From positions 89,812,115-89,847,608 of the forward strand of contig NC_068988.1 in assembly GCF_001194135.2 (NCBI RefSeq): 35,494 nt of DNA, written 5' to 3'. The DNA is from Octopus bimaculoides. Taxonomy: Eukaryota. The number at the start of each line of letters is the position of its first letter. Position 1 is the first letter of the stretch. The translations under genes were made by a program, and so were the position numbers. Shown here one piece after another: positions 1 to 11,845 of the stretch. The notes below the pieces were generated by a model that was given only the letters and a program-made list of their open reading frames with translations, searched no databases and was not told where the DNA came from.

Positions 1-34
1 AAGAATAAGTAAAGAACAGAATGGAAAAAGCAGC

Positions 35-175
35 GTTAGAATTCTTCTTGTTGAAGTAGAATCAATAGCACCATATGAATATTTGTCAAGGCTATTCTTA
101 GAGAATCTTCTGCTTGAATGAGCTAAAACACTCGTTTACAACATCACGTGCAACGTTAAGTCGGTGGAAAAGCTT
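35..175. repeat. 141-bp direct repeat, copy 1 (partner 695-835)
   Basis: gttagaattcttcttgttga...gtcggtggaaaagctt occurs at 35-175 and 695-835 (offset 660) with 3 substitutions. Confidence 0.95.
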
Positions 176-694
176 TACTGATAAAAACAAATGGCTGCAG
201 AAGACGAGAAATATAAAGTAGAACAANNNNNNNNNNCTTACGTACATTAACATGCATAGTCGTCTAATAAAACTTGCGTTAGGAATAGGTAAATGTACAA
301 ACAGAGGGACCTCTAGATCTACTAGTCACTTAGTACGTAAAATCTAAATCCATATTCACTATGTCATAATCAGTATATATTAGATGCTTTTCTCTCTACC
401 CACATTTACTCTACAGCATATTAGTCCTTTAGTTATAGCCGACATTTTGTAATGGTTTCGCAACGAAGGAAATGCGAAACATGAGAGTAAGATGAGGCAG
501 AGAGCGAGGGGAAGGTGAGATTTAAGACAAAGAGAAGGAATGAAAGGAGGAAGAAATTGCAGAAAGAAACGATGAACAAGAGAGAGAGAAAGACAGACAG
601 GCAGTGTGATAGAGGAAAAGAACGTCAGAGAGAAAGGGTGAGAGAGAGAGCGCGCATGCTGTACAACACGAAAATGTGAATAGAGGAAAATAGA

Positions 695-835
695 GTTAGA
701 ATTCTTCTTGTTGAGGGAGAATCAATAGCACCATATGAATATTCGTCAAGGCTATTCTTAGAGAATCTTCTGCTTGAATGAGCTAAAACACTCGTTTACA
801 ACATCACGTGCAACGTTAAGTCGGTGGAAAAGCTT
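695..835. repeat. 141-bp direct repeat, copy 2, runs into N-gap
   Basis: Near-identical to 35-175; truncated by the gap starting at 836. Confidence 0.95.
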
Positions 836-1861
836 NNNNNNNNNNNNNNNNNNNNNNNNNNNNNNNNNNNNNNNNNNNNNNNNNNNNNNNNNNNNNNNNN
901 NNNNNNNNNNNNNNNNNNNNNNNNNNNNNNNNNNNNNNNNNNNNNNNNNNNNNNNNNNNNNNNNNNNNNNNNNNNNNNNNNNNNNNNNNNNNNNNNNNNN
1001 NNNNNNNNNNNNNNNNNNNNNNNNNNNNNNNNNNNNNNNNNNNNNNNNNNNNNNNNNNNNNNNNNNNNNNNNNNNNNNNNNNNNNNNNNNNNNNNNNNNN
1101 NNNNNNNNNNNNNNNNNNNNNNNNNNNNNNNNNNNNNNNNNNNNNNNNNNNNNNNNNNNNNNNNNNNNNNNNNNNNNNNNNNNNNNNNNNNNNNNNNNNN
1201 NNNNNNNNNNNNNNNNNNNNNNNNNNNNNNNNNNNNNNNNNNNNNNNNNNNNNNNNNNNNNNNNNNNNNNNNNNNNNNNNNNNNNNNNNNNNNNNNNNNN
1301 NNNTGTGTGTGTGTGTGTGTGTGTGTGTAGGTATGTATATGTGTGAGCATACATGAATGTATTTATATGTATGCACACAAACACACGCACATCTATCTAT
1401 ATATATATATATATATACATATAAATATATGTATGTATATAAATATATGTGTGTGTGTCTGTGTGTACATATGTTTGTGTGCGTGGATATATATTTGTGT
1501 GTGTGTATTGTTCTCTTATTTTATGTGTACTTATACATATAATTCTGTCGTTGCGTCACGTGATATATCGATGCCTATGAAGATGGTCATAATATATTTT
1601 GTTTATCACGAAAGTGCTTTAGGTTTGTGAAATGATACTGTGATTTTCATTGTTGTTCTGTTTGTAATGTATGTATGCACTGCTTATCAAAGTAGTGTTG
1701 AAGGGTTATGGCATTTAGTTTGTTCTTTTTTTCTAATCCTGCAGTATTGTTGGTTTTGCAGTGGTTACCAGCGGTGACGTTGGTAAGGTATTCCACGTCT
1801 GCGTTAGTATTCATTGACAGTGTTACTGCTCATGAATCTTCTTTCATTTTTGTTGTCGTTA

Positions 1862-2040
1862 GCGTGGCAGATTCACAGAATCATCATTAGAACTCTGAGA
1901 AAATGCCAACGACTAATTCTTCGAGAATTTTGTTACGTTCTGATTTCGAAATTAAATTAGGACGCCTTTGCTCTTTGACATTCAAAGGCTCAATGAAATT
2001 AGATACCGGTCAAGTACTGGTGCTAATGCTATCGACTAAT
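1862..2040 (+). mobile_element. Highly decayed tRNA-derived SINE (octopod family A)
   Basis: ttacgttctgatttcgaaatt...ctttgc...caagtactggtgctaatgctatcgact is colinear with the better-preserved copies at 9453 and 9666. Confidence 0.4.
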
Positions 2041-2095
2041 ATATTCGCTTCCAAACTGCTGGTATTTGCTTATGTAAGAAATCTTTATCATCATT

Positions 2096-2259
2096 GCTGA
2101 CAGAATCGTTTGCAGGCCGGGCAAAATACTTAGCGGCATTTTGTTTGTCTTTATGTTGACCCCGCAGAAGTCGATTTTGCTTTCATCCAATCGGGGTCAA
2201 TAAATTAATTACTAATCCCCTATCCCAAGCTGCATTTGTAGTAAAAATTTGAAATTATG
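2096..2259 (+). mobile_element. tRNA-derived SINE (family A) ending in (ATT)n tail
   Basis: gctgacagaatcgtt...ccgggcaaaatacttagcggcattt...gtcgattttgctttcatccaatcggggtcaataaatt...aaaatttgaaatt; shares its head and gtcgac/tttcatcc core with the copies at 9453 and 9666. Confidence 0.75.

Positions 2260-2310
<51 letters not shown>
2260..2310. repeat. (ATT)17 microsatellite
   Basis: Pure trinucleotide tract. Confidence 0.98.
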
Positions 2311-2315
<5 letters not shown>

Positions 2316-2381
2316 TACTTCTTTTTATTACAGGTTTTGTTGGAACTCCTGGAGTCTTGCATGCGTAGCGGACTAGCTACT

Positions 2382-3358
2382 AGTAGTCTTATTTTTATCA
2401 CGTCTTTTCACTGCACTACAGAGCGTAGCTCTGTGTGCCTTGGGTATGTGCTGTGGTTTGTTGTGATGCTCTTATTTTTACTGTATTGATGGAGTTTTAC
2501 GTAGTGCGTGTACAATGTCTAGTAGTGCTATTTTCTGTATGTTATATTTTCTTGTTAGCCCAGATGCTTTTGTTCTGAATATTTTCTCATCATACCTAAT
2601 GCGTCTACTATGACAGGAATTCCAATTACCTCTACTTCCGGATCTTTGTATTTTGAAAGTTTCTCTGTTTCTTTTAGAGAAACATTGTCATCTATTGGTA
2701 CTGATACATCTCTTAGACAGCATTTTTCTTTCTTGGTGACCTTTGATAACTATATCCAGCATATTAACCTTAATTTCTCTATCTGTATGTATCGGCATAT
2801 CCCAGAGTATGGCTGCTTTCTCATTTCAGTATATATAGGTCCCAATCCTGTGGTGTCTGTGAATATATTCTTGCTTGATCAGGACTAGGCAGCCAGAGAC
2901 AATATGCCTTATTGTTTCTTGTCCATCTCCACATGTTCTGCAGTTACTTGTATTTCTTTTCATTACATGTTTTGGGGTCATTTGTAGTGGGAAGGTTTTG
3001 AACTTGTGCTACAATTAAATATCCTTCAGTCCCTGTTTTGAGTCCTGAGCTTCTTAGCCATTGCTGGGATTTTGCTTTGTTTATTTATTTTGCGTTTAGT
3101 TTAACCCAGTACTTGCCATGAAGGGGCTTTTCTTGCCATCGTTTTATGATGATCAGTTGCTCTGCCAATCTTGTTTGGATTTCAGTTATTTTACAGCTTT
3201 CATTCTTCCTTCTTTTTCTTCATAGTTTTTAGGTACTATGACTTCCTTTTTGTATTTGTGAACTTCCCTGACTGAAAACGTTTTTTGATTTGTTCGTGTT
3301 TTGTGGCTATTTGTATTAGCTTTCTTTGCTTCTGAAGTAGGTATTTCTCAAGAGGAAA
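2382..3358 (-). mobile_element. 5'-truncated, decayed non-LTR retrotransposon, R4/Dong clade (RLE type): C-terminal ORF plus 3' UTR
   Basis: Minus-strand translation across stops and frameshifts: EKYLLQKQRKLIQIATKHEQ...KRWQEKPLHGKYW..WLRSSGLKTGTEGYLIVAQ; CCHC knuckle CRTCGDGQETIRHIVSGC; EYIHRH; ILWDMPIHTDREIKVN-LDIVI (PD motif region); DVSVPIDDNVSLKETEKLSKYKD; IPVIVDALG; NIQKIALL..HALRKTPSIQ* (stop 2478-2480). This is the typical zinc knuckle plus restriction-like endonuclease end of R4-clade LINEs. Confidence 0.9.
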
Positions 3359-6300
3359 ATTCATCCATTCCTGACCATTTCGTTTTCGTTTTCTCATAGT
3401 GTACCTAATACAACATTATCGAACAGTCTTACATCAATTGTGTTAACAGATTTCATTTTATTGATATTTATTTTCGATTCCGTAGAGTCAGGAGGACAAG
3501 ATAAAAATTCATTTGTCCAGCTTCTTTTAGTATGTTTATGTGGTATAGTGATGGTCACTCCCGTTTGTTTCGATGTATGACAGTTTGAACGAGAAGACAA
3601 ACTTAAAAAGGGAAACGGAGAAAAAAAGAAACTGTATCCGTTTGCGATGGATGCATGAATGTATTTCAGTCAGGTATGGATTTTGCCATGAAGTCGCGGT
3701 GAGTTCAGTTCACTTAAATACCGTGGAAGTAGAAAACATAGAAGATGAAGCCTTGCTTCAATGCGTAGTTGTTGTGGTGAGAGTCACGATGCATCCTTGC
3801 GAGAAATAGACTGGACCAAGCAATTATAAATATTAGCGGTCGGAGTGAAGTTTCTGTGAAGGTTCGAGTTGAGTCCGCAGTGAAGACGGAGGGTATCGGT
3901 TGGTTAGTTCGTTTGGAATATTGATTGTTTGGCTCGTGAAGACATTGTTGGATTGTTACGTTGTTATTACGTCTGCATCGTTATCTTGCTTACTGTTACT
4001 ACACTGGTACAGTGTATCTAAAATATCCGTCACAATATCGTGGCGGTACCACGACGCTTGGAGACGGAGGATACTATATCTGGTGAGGAGGGTTTCGAAG
4101 ATCGTGTAGGTTATTTAAAAATGTGTTCGTCATACAACTTGTTAAATTATGTAAGACTTACTAGCTCTTATCGTACAGTTGTAAAAGCAATAACAAGAAC
4201 AGCAACAGGAGTTGCAGAAATAACAAGTACAGCAGTAACCACAACAACAACAATTATTGGAGTTATTCAAAAAGATGTCTGAAAATGCAGTAAGTTCGTT
4301 TTCGACAGACGGCGTATGGAACTCCATAACATAATTCAGTTATAACCCAGAGGAGGGTATAATCTTTTGAGCGTACTACGGAAGGAACCAGGAAATATCG
4401 AATATATCGCGGTAATAACATATAAAATTTTCCTCTGAGCAGTGAACCAAGGTTTACATCATCCAACTTGTCTTTTATTAAATCTTTTAGAAATAGCAAT
4501 ATTTGACTGCTATTTCTAAAATATCAAGTAATTATACGGAGGTTCACTCATCGTAGTTTGTAAGATGTTATAGCTACATTTTTACATTGATTTTTGAAAT
4601 TTTTATATATTCACGCGCGCGCGCACATCCCTGTATGTATGTGCGTTTCCCATAGAACTCACTTCATTTTGATGAAGCCAGTTATTTTATTTCAGTATCT
4701 AAACATAATGCCTGCGCATGCAAATTCTAATCCTCTAAAATATGCGGATTAATACAATCATATACTGACAGAAAATGCTCTAAATCCACATTTTGTAACA
4801 GTATAATAGTCAGTCAGATTATCATCAGCAACACACTGGGAGGGGGTTTATTTGCCTCTAATTCTCAAATCCTATATAACATCTTCAGAATTCTAAGAAA
4901 TACATTTACTCTATGCACAATTGAGAACTGAATTAAGCTTAAATAATCAAAAGACTCAATATGGGTGCCATAAAAATGAAAACATTTCTATTTTATTGAT
5001 GTGCAGAAAATGGACATTTGAAGGCATTTGGTTCGTGCTCTTGAGAAGATTCGTACCCTTTCCTTCAGCAAACAATAAGATATGCCAACTTCCAGCTAGC
5101 ATAAGTGTCCGTTATTATTTATAAGATTTATGGTTTAATCATTGTAGATCAGGATTATTGGAAAATGAGATCTAAACATTTTAAAAATTCGCTTAAGGAG
5201 TTAAGTAAATTCTTTCGATATTATAGTGTAAGAAAAGATGAAGGTATCCTAGTGAACGTTTCCTACAAAGTGTATTTAATTCTAAGAGGGTCAAAACATA
5301 TATATATATATATGCATGCACACAAACACGCTTGCACGTAAAAACATACACTCAGCATACACACACACATACACACACACACACACACACACATTCATAC
5401 ATATNNNNNNNNNNNNNNNNNNNNNNNNNNNNNNNNNNNNNNNNNNNNNNNNNNNNNNNNNNNNNNNNNNNNNNNNNNNNNNNNNNNNNNNNNNNNNNNN
5501 NNNNNNNNNNNNNNNNNNNNNNNNNNNNNNNNNNNNNNNNNNNNNNNNNNNNNNNNNNNNNNNNNNNNNNNNNNNNNNNNNNNNNNNNNNNNNNNNNNNN
5601 NNNNNNNNNNNNNNNNNNNNNNNNNNNNNNNNNNNNNNNNNNNNNNNNNNNNNNNNNNNNNNNNNNNNNNNNNNNNNNNNNNNNNNNNNNNNNNNNNNNN
5701 NNNNNNNNNNNNNNNNNNNNNNNNNNNNNNNNNNNNNNNNNNNNNNNNNNNNNNNNNNNNNNNNNNNNNNNNNNNNNNNNNNNNNNNNNNNNNNNNNNNN
5801 NNNNNNNNNNNNNNNNNNNNNNNNNNNNNNNNNNNNNNNNNNNNNNNNNNNNNNNNNNNNNNNNNNNNNNNNNNNNNNNNNNNNNNNNNNNNNNNNNNNN
5901 NNNNNNNNNNNNNNNNNNNNNNNNNNNNNNNNNNNNNNNNNNNNNNNNNNNNNNNNNNNNNNNNNNNNNNNNNNNNNNNNNNNNNNNNTATATATATGCT
6001 TGTATATACATCATTTTTCAAGCTGAAATAACGCAGCACCACCACTTTTATGAAAAACACGAGGTGGAACTATAATGAATTATTTAATGAAAAATAAAGG
6101 AAAGAAAAAAAATGCTGACTTGAAATAAATATGTTCTGTCAAGTAGCTTTAAAGAATTACTAGCTATATTATTTTGATATTTTATTTGTTAAGTTGGACA
6201 GCCGCCTACGGGTATACTTCCTTAACTAAGTTAACACTGAAACGGATATATGTGAGTTTATTTGTCTCTATGTATGTTTGTTACTATGTACGTAGGTACG

Positions 6301-7144
6301 TACGTGTGTATGTATGTATGTATGTATGTATGTATGTATGTGTGTGTGTACGTATGTAAGTGTGTGTATATATGTTTATGTTTAGAATTCATTCTAAAAT
6401 ATTTCTGTAGTGTATCAACCGCTTGATTCCTAAATAGTTATGCTTACTGACTTAGTAGTATCTAAAAGGAAATTTCACCAAGAGAGTGGCGTAATAAGCG
6501 AGAATCGAATAGTTGACATTTCAATTCTTAGTTCGACAGTTTATCGATTAACTCTTTATTGATAAACTACACATGGCAACTTGGGTAGCTTGCTTTTAAA
6601 TGTACAGAGGCAGAGTTCAGTACCAAAGTAACTGTTAATATTGACGTAAGACTCAAATATACTGAACGTGTGTAACTTAGTGGTGAATGACTGGAATTGT
6701 TCACTGGAACTTGGTATTTGGTCGTGTAGATACGTTCATACACATTCACAAATGTTTAATACCATGGAGCATTCTCACAGCGTCTCAACTACCTATGTCT
6801 ACCTATCAATCTCTCTAGTATCTATCTATCTATGAATGTACGTATCTATTTATATACATATAGTTATATATACATATATATATATNNNNNNNNNNNNNNN
6901 NNNNNNNNNNNNNNNNNNNNNNNNNNNNNNNNNNNNNNNNNNNNNNNNNNNNNNNNNNNNNNNNNNNNNNNNNNNNNNNNNNNNNNNNNNNNNNNNNNNN
7001 NNNNNNNNNNNNNNNNNNNNNNNNNNNNNNNNNNNNNNNNNNNNNNNNNNNNNNNNNNNNNNNNNNNNNNNNNNNNNNNNNNNNNNNNNNNNNNNNNNNN
7101 NNNNNNNNNNNNNNNNNNNNNNNNNNNNNNNNNNNNNNNNNNNN

Positions 7145-7180
<36 letters not shown>

Positions 7181-9199
7181 ACGTGAGTGCTTATATATAT
7201 GTATTTATACGTACACACCCCGCACGCGCCCGTGGACACGTTCGCGCGCGCGTATACACATGCATATTATGATCTGAACTTTGAACGAAGATTGAAACAA
7301 ATAATTGCGCTGTGTTGTGTTAGAATTAGGATATCCATTGAAAACACGCTTCTACACTAATCTCTTTTTCTTGTTTTGTTTTGTTGTATGTTCTTGTTTT
7401 CTTTTTCTTGCTGTATTATTATTGACCAGAAAATGTCAACGCACATTTTGGCTTTGATCATTGACACCATTCCGTTACATCTTTTGCAAGTCAACTTTTG
7501 ATCAGTTTTTATATTCCTGTATTAGCATTTACTTATAGTACCGATTTGTACCTATTGTTTCTAATGTATTTTAAATCTCTTAATTTCTCTATTCTTTACT
7601 AATCAAATACTTATAAAATTGGTACATATCATGCGCACACATATATATATATGTGTGTGTATGTACATAGATATATGCATGTTTCTGTGTGTGTATGTGT
7701 GCGTGCGTGCTTGCGTGTGTGTGAGAGTGTATGAGTGTTTGTGTGTGTGTGTGTTTAAGTTTGTATTTATGTATGAACGAATGTATGTATGTATATATGT
7801 ATATATGTAGTTATATGAATATTAAATATTTAATTCTGTTTCTTGGAGATCCTGTGGATAGAAAGCTTCAAGGTTAGTCAATCCCTTTAATTCATATTTC
7901 TTAGTCAATCTTGTGATTGATTATTGTAGACGAACTATAGTTATATGATGCAATGAATTTTAAAGTTTCTGCTATGTCTAAAACTCTGAAGCAAAAGTTA
8001 ATCCGTGGCAAATTTTTATGACTGTCGATGAGTCTATCTCTACTATCTCAACCTGATGGACGGTGAAATTGTATTCAAAAACTACGTACATTTATCTCCC
8101 TACACATAAAATTTAAGTAAATTTTTTTCTTTTATCATTTCGTGAATGATAAATAATGGTGGACTAATGAGGTATTAATGTAACGTTGGACAGCATGCCT
8201 GCAGCATTCCTTATGGATCTTTGAGTTCTGATTTCAAATCCTATATATGTGGCAGACAAAGCCTGTGTCTCGGTTTAAAACAACCATTTGGCCTTGGACA
8301 TTGTGTACCTATAGACGAATCGACTCTGTTAGACTAATTCAGGCTTTGTCTATATTTTAAAGATATATGATTCCCCCGCCCTCCCGTCAGTTTTGGATGT
8401 CATACGAAATGTGACGTACGTTACCCTTGTCTCAATGTAAACAAACTTTATGTCGAACAGCTGGCTCTAGCAGGGCGCACTCTGTAATTGAATTTCCATC
8501 GAATGACAAATCGCAGATCTCTATGACAAAGTAATACGGGGGAAGTGTCAGTGGGAATATAGCAACGTGTTATATGTGAGAGTGCTTAAGTATTGCAGTT
8601 TCAATAGACAAACAATATTGATATGTAAATTATTAATTAATTTCTCACTCATTTTTACCAAGTTTTAATCCCCTAGTCATATTATGAGAACCGTGTGAAT
8701 AGAGCTAGAATTTAAAATTCAGGATGTTTGCCCTGTACGGTTAGCGAGGGTTTCAAGTATTACTCAACCGCTTTATATACAAGATGAGATGCAAGAATGT
8801 CATTTTAGCTATTGAGATATAATACTATTGGAGTGACCACGTAAATCGAAATGAATTTCCAATGAAAGGATACTTAAAGAGAATAAGTAGATTTAGGAGA
8901 AGGGGTCGTAATTGACGTAACAGTGCAAGGAATTTCTGGGCAAGTTAGGATGATTAGGAAAAGGGGATGGATGAGTGAAACATAGCTTGAAAAATTAGGG
9001 CAGAAAGTGTCTTTAGAAAGAGTTTCTTTTTTAAATGGTCAAGATTGTCTTAAGGGGGATGATATCAAAGACAACTGTGAACACAGCAAAAGAAATATTT
9101 TGGGTTGACATTTTACCGCTGCTGTTACTGGTAGCGTTCTTACTGTCATCGTTTGCCGCTACCATTATTAATACTTTATATTTCAGGGGGTTATTAATA

Positions 9200-9332
9200 T
9201 TTCAGGGGGCTAAACATAGAGGAGACAAGCAAGGACAGACAAAGGGATTAAGTCGATTACATCGACCCAGTGCGTAACTGGTACTTTTTTCATCGACCTC
9301 GAACGGATGAAAGGCCAAGTCGACCTCGGCGG
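9200..9332 (-). mobile_element. SINE family A, 3' portion, reverse orientation
   Basis: Reverse complement reads ccgccgaggtcgacttggcctttcatccgttcgaggtcgatgaaaaaagtaccagttacgcactgggtcgatgtaatcgacttaatccc, matching the plus-strand copies. Confidence 0.8.
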
Positions 9333-9452
9333 TACAATTATTATTATTACTTAGTGAGGTGGTGTTATGCTGGATTTACTGATACTGGTAATTTTCGAAA
9401 CCTTTTTTGACATAACATCGCCTTTGCGATGATTATTATTATTATTATTCGT

Positions 9453-9566
9453 GCGGGGAGCTGGCAGAATCGTTAGCACGCCAAGCATAATGCCTAGTGC
9501 TATTTCGTCCGTCTTTACGTTCTGAGATTAAATGCCACCGTGGTCGACTTTACCTTTCATCCTTCT
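9453..9566 (+). mobile_element. SINE family A, 5' portion
   Basis: gcggggagctggcagaatcgttagcacgcc (A-box-like head)...ttacgttctgagattaaatgccaccgtggtcgactttacctttcatcc; preceded by (ATT)n. Confidence 0.8.
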
Positions 9567-9665
9567 TCAGACATCGTACCTATGGTAGAAATGACAATTA
9601 TTATTATTATTATTGTTATTGGTGATGATGTTTTTCTTCTTGTGATTAATATTATTATTGTTGTT

Positions 9666-9895
9666 AAGGCACCCAACGGTGAGATTGCTTGCGCGTCGGA
9701 CGAAAGCCTTAGTGGTATTTCTTCTAGGTTCATGCGTCTTGAGTTCAAATTCCGCCAAGTTCGACCGCTTTTCATTCTTTCGGGAATGACCCAAAAATAT
9801 ACGGGTCAATTCCTGGGGTTGATGAAACCTACTTTACCCCTCCCCTCAAAATTGCTCCTCTTACGCCTGAATCAGTAGCAATTATTCTTCTTATT
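9666..9895 (+). mobile_element. SINE family A, near full-length, diverged
   Basis: cggacgaaagccttagtggtattt...gagttcaaattccgcc (B-box-like)...ctggggttgatg...cccctcccctcaaaattgct, followed by an att-rich tail. Confidence 0.7.
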
Positions 9896-10362
9896 ACTTT
9901 TAATATCGCAGTAATTACACCATCGACGTAGATTGAAATGATATGTGGAATATTCTGATGAGAATAATGAAGATGATGTATAAAATGTTATTTTATAAAA
10001 AATAAAAATCTCTATCTAATTATGATATTAGTTTATTATTCACATGATAGCTCAAAGATTTCCTCGCCTATTTTATGGATATTTTATGTTTATTTTTGGT
10101 TTTTCTTTTTCTTCTGTGATTTAATAACTCTTAAATACAGTCATTTCCCTTTTTTTCTTTCCGAATTAATTTGAAAACAACATGATATATGTGTATGTGT
10201 GTGTATGCGTCTGTGTGTGTGTGTGAATGTGTGTGCGTGCGTGTGCGGGCGTGTGTATGTATTTATAAGAATGTATTTGTATGAGGAAATATATTAACTC
10301 TGAAATAATTTTCTTTATTAATAGTATATCAATCAACCAGCCAAAAGTTTTATTTTGTCATA

Positions 10363-10436
10363 TTTATTATTATTATTATTCATTATTATCATTATTATTA
10401 TTATTATTATGATCATTATTATTATTATTATTATGA

Positions 10437-10503
<67 letters not shown>

Positions 10504-10509
10504 TTATTA

Positions 10510-10546
<37 letters not shown>

Positions 10547-10918
10547 NNNNNNNNNNNNNNNNNNNNNNNNNNNNNNNNNNNNNNNNNNNNNNNNNNNNNN
10601 NNNNNNNNNNNNNNNNNNNNNNNNNNNNNNNNNNNNNNNNNNNNNNNNNNNNNNNNNNNNNNNNNNNNNNNNNNNNNNNNNNNNNNNNNNNNNNNNNNNN
10701 NNNNNNNNNNNNNNNNNNNNNNNNNNNNNNNNNNNNNNNNNNNNNNNNNNNNNNNNNNNNNNNNNNNNNNNNNNNNNNNNNNNNNNNNNNNNNNNNNNNN
10801 NNNNNNNNNNNNNNNNNNNNNNNNNNNNNNNNNNNNNNNNNNNNNNNNNNNNNNNNNNNNNNNNNNNNNNNNNNNNNNNNNNNNNNNNNNNNNNNNNNNN
10901 NNNNNNNNNNNNNNNNNN

Positions 10919-10959
<41 letters not shown>

Positions 10960-10965
10960 TTATTA

Positions 10966-11005
<40 letters not shown>

Positions 11006-11034
11006 GATTATGATCATTATTATTATTATTATGA

Positions 11035-11072
<38 letters not shown>

Positions 11073-11110
11073 GTTGTTGTTGTTGTTGCCGTTGTTATTA
11101 TTGCTGTTGT
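10363..11110. repeat. Long (ATT)n/(GTT)n microsatellite spanning a gap
   Basis: ATT units with ATC/GAT interruptions on both sides of gap 10547-10918, grading into (GTT)n. Confidence 0.97.
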
Positions 11111-11440
11111 TCTTGTTGTCGATGTTGCTGCTGCTATTTATCTTTCATTAAATCACTATCTTATAGCCATGACTATGTCTAATCATTTCTCCTCGTTGCA
11201 TAAGTCGTAGAAATATGTTTTTGTTTTCATTTTTATTACATAGAATTTATTCTGAAGTGGTGCCTAATTATTTTCAAGCGAATACAACTACCGCGTCGTT
11301 TGATGAAATGATCAGAGTTTGTGTCTCTATTTAGAATGTGATTCTAACATATTTCTAGATTACATAAACAGTATAATTCTGACATCATATATATTCTCAG
11401 AATCGTCTCACTATTTTACTTTTGTAACTTTGTCTTTCAG

Positions 11441-11480
11441 TCAACAGTGATTTTGAGAGTATTGTGACAGAGGGACACAG
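11441..11480 (+). other. Candidate 40-nt exon
   Basis: Long pyrimidine tract ttttacttttgtaactttgtctttcag| and donor cacag|gtattt; a single open frame, xNSDFESIVTEGH. No homolog recognised. Confidence 0.25.
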
Positions 11481-11645
11481 GTATTTTAAAGACAGAAACC
11501 TGTCCCGAGTTGTTAAACCTGATTACTGTCTAAGTCTACCAAATAAATAATCCTGTTTGGGGGTTTAACTCAGAACGGAAAGAATCAAATATCTTAAGGC
11601 ACCCCAGATTGGTACATTTTTTATCGGACGTGGCATATTTATTTG

Positions 11646-11845
11646 TAGTATAGGCACAAGGACTGAAATTTTGGTGGACTTATCTAGTCGATTACATCAC
11701 TAAAATGGTCAGCTCGTATTTGCTTTTACCGAGCCGAAAGTGTGATATGAATAGTTGATAGCGACGGAATTTGAATCCAAAACGTTTCTCTGGATGTAGC
11801 GCTGCTAAAAATCAGTTCGAAATGCTGTTCTGCCACGCAACCGCC
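11646..11845 (-). mobile_element. SINE family A, reverse orientation, diverged
   Basis: ggcacaaggactgaaattttgg...agtcgattacatc...cggaatttgaa...ttctgccacgcaaccgcc is the reverse complement of the family-A layout. Confidence 0.6.

Noticed and set aside
4142-4327. Cys-rich minus ORF and Thr/Asn-rich plus frames, with a possible gtaagt donor at 4290
   Set aside because: A degenerate (AAC/AGC/AAT) trinucleotide tract explains the composition; splice-like signals occur on both strands and no homolog is recognised.
8254-8351. 12-bp inverted repeat agacaaagcctg/caggctttgtct
   Set aside because: Short, with no target-site duplication; the left arm appears to be part of a decayed SINE.
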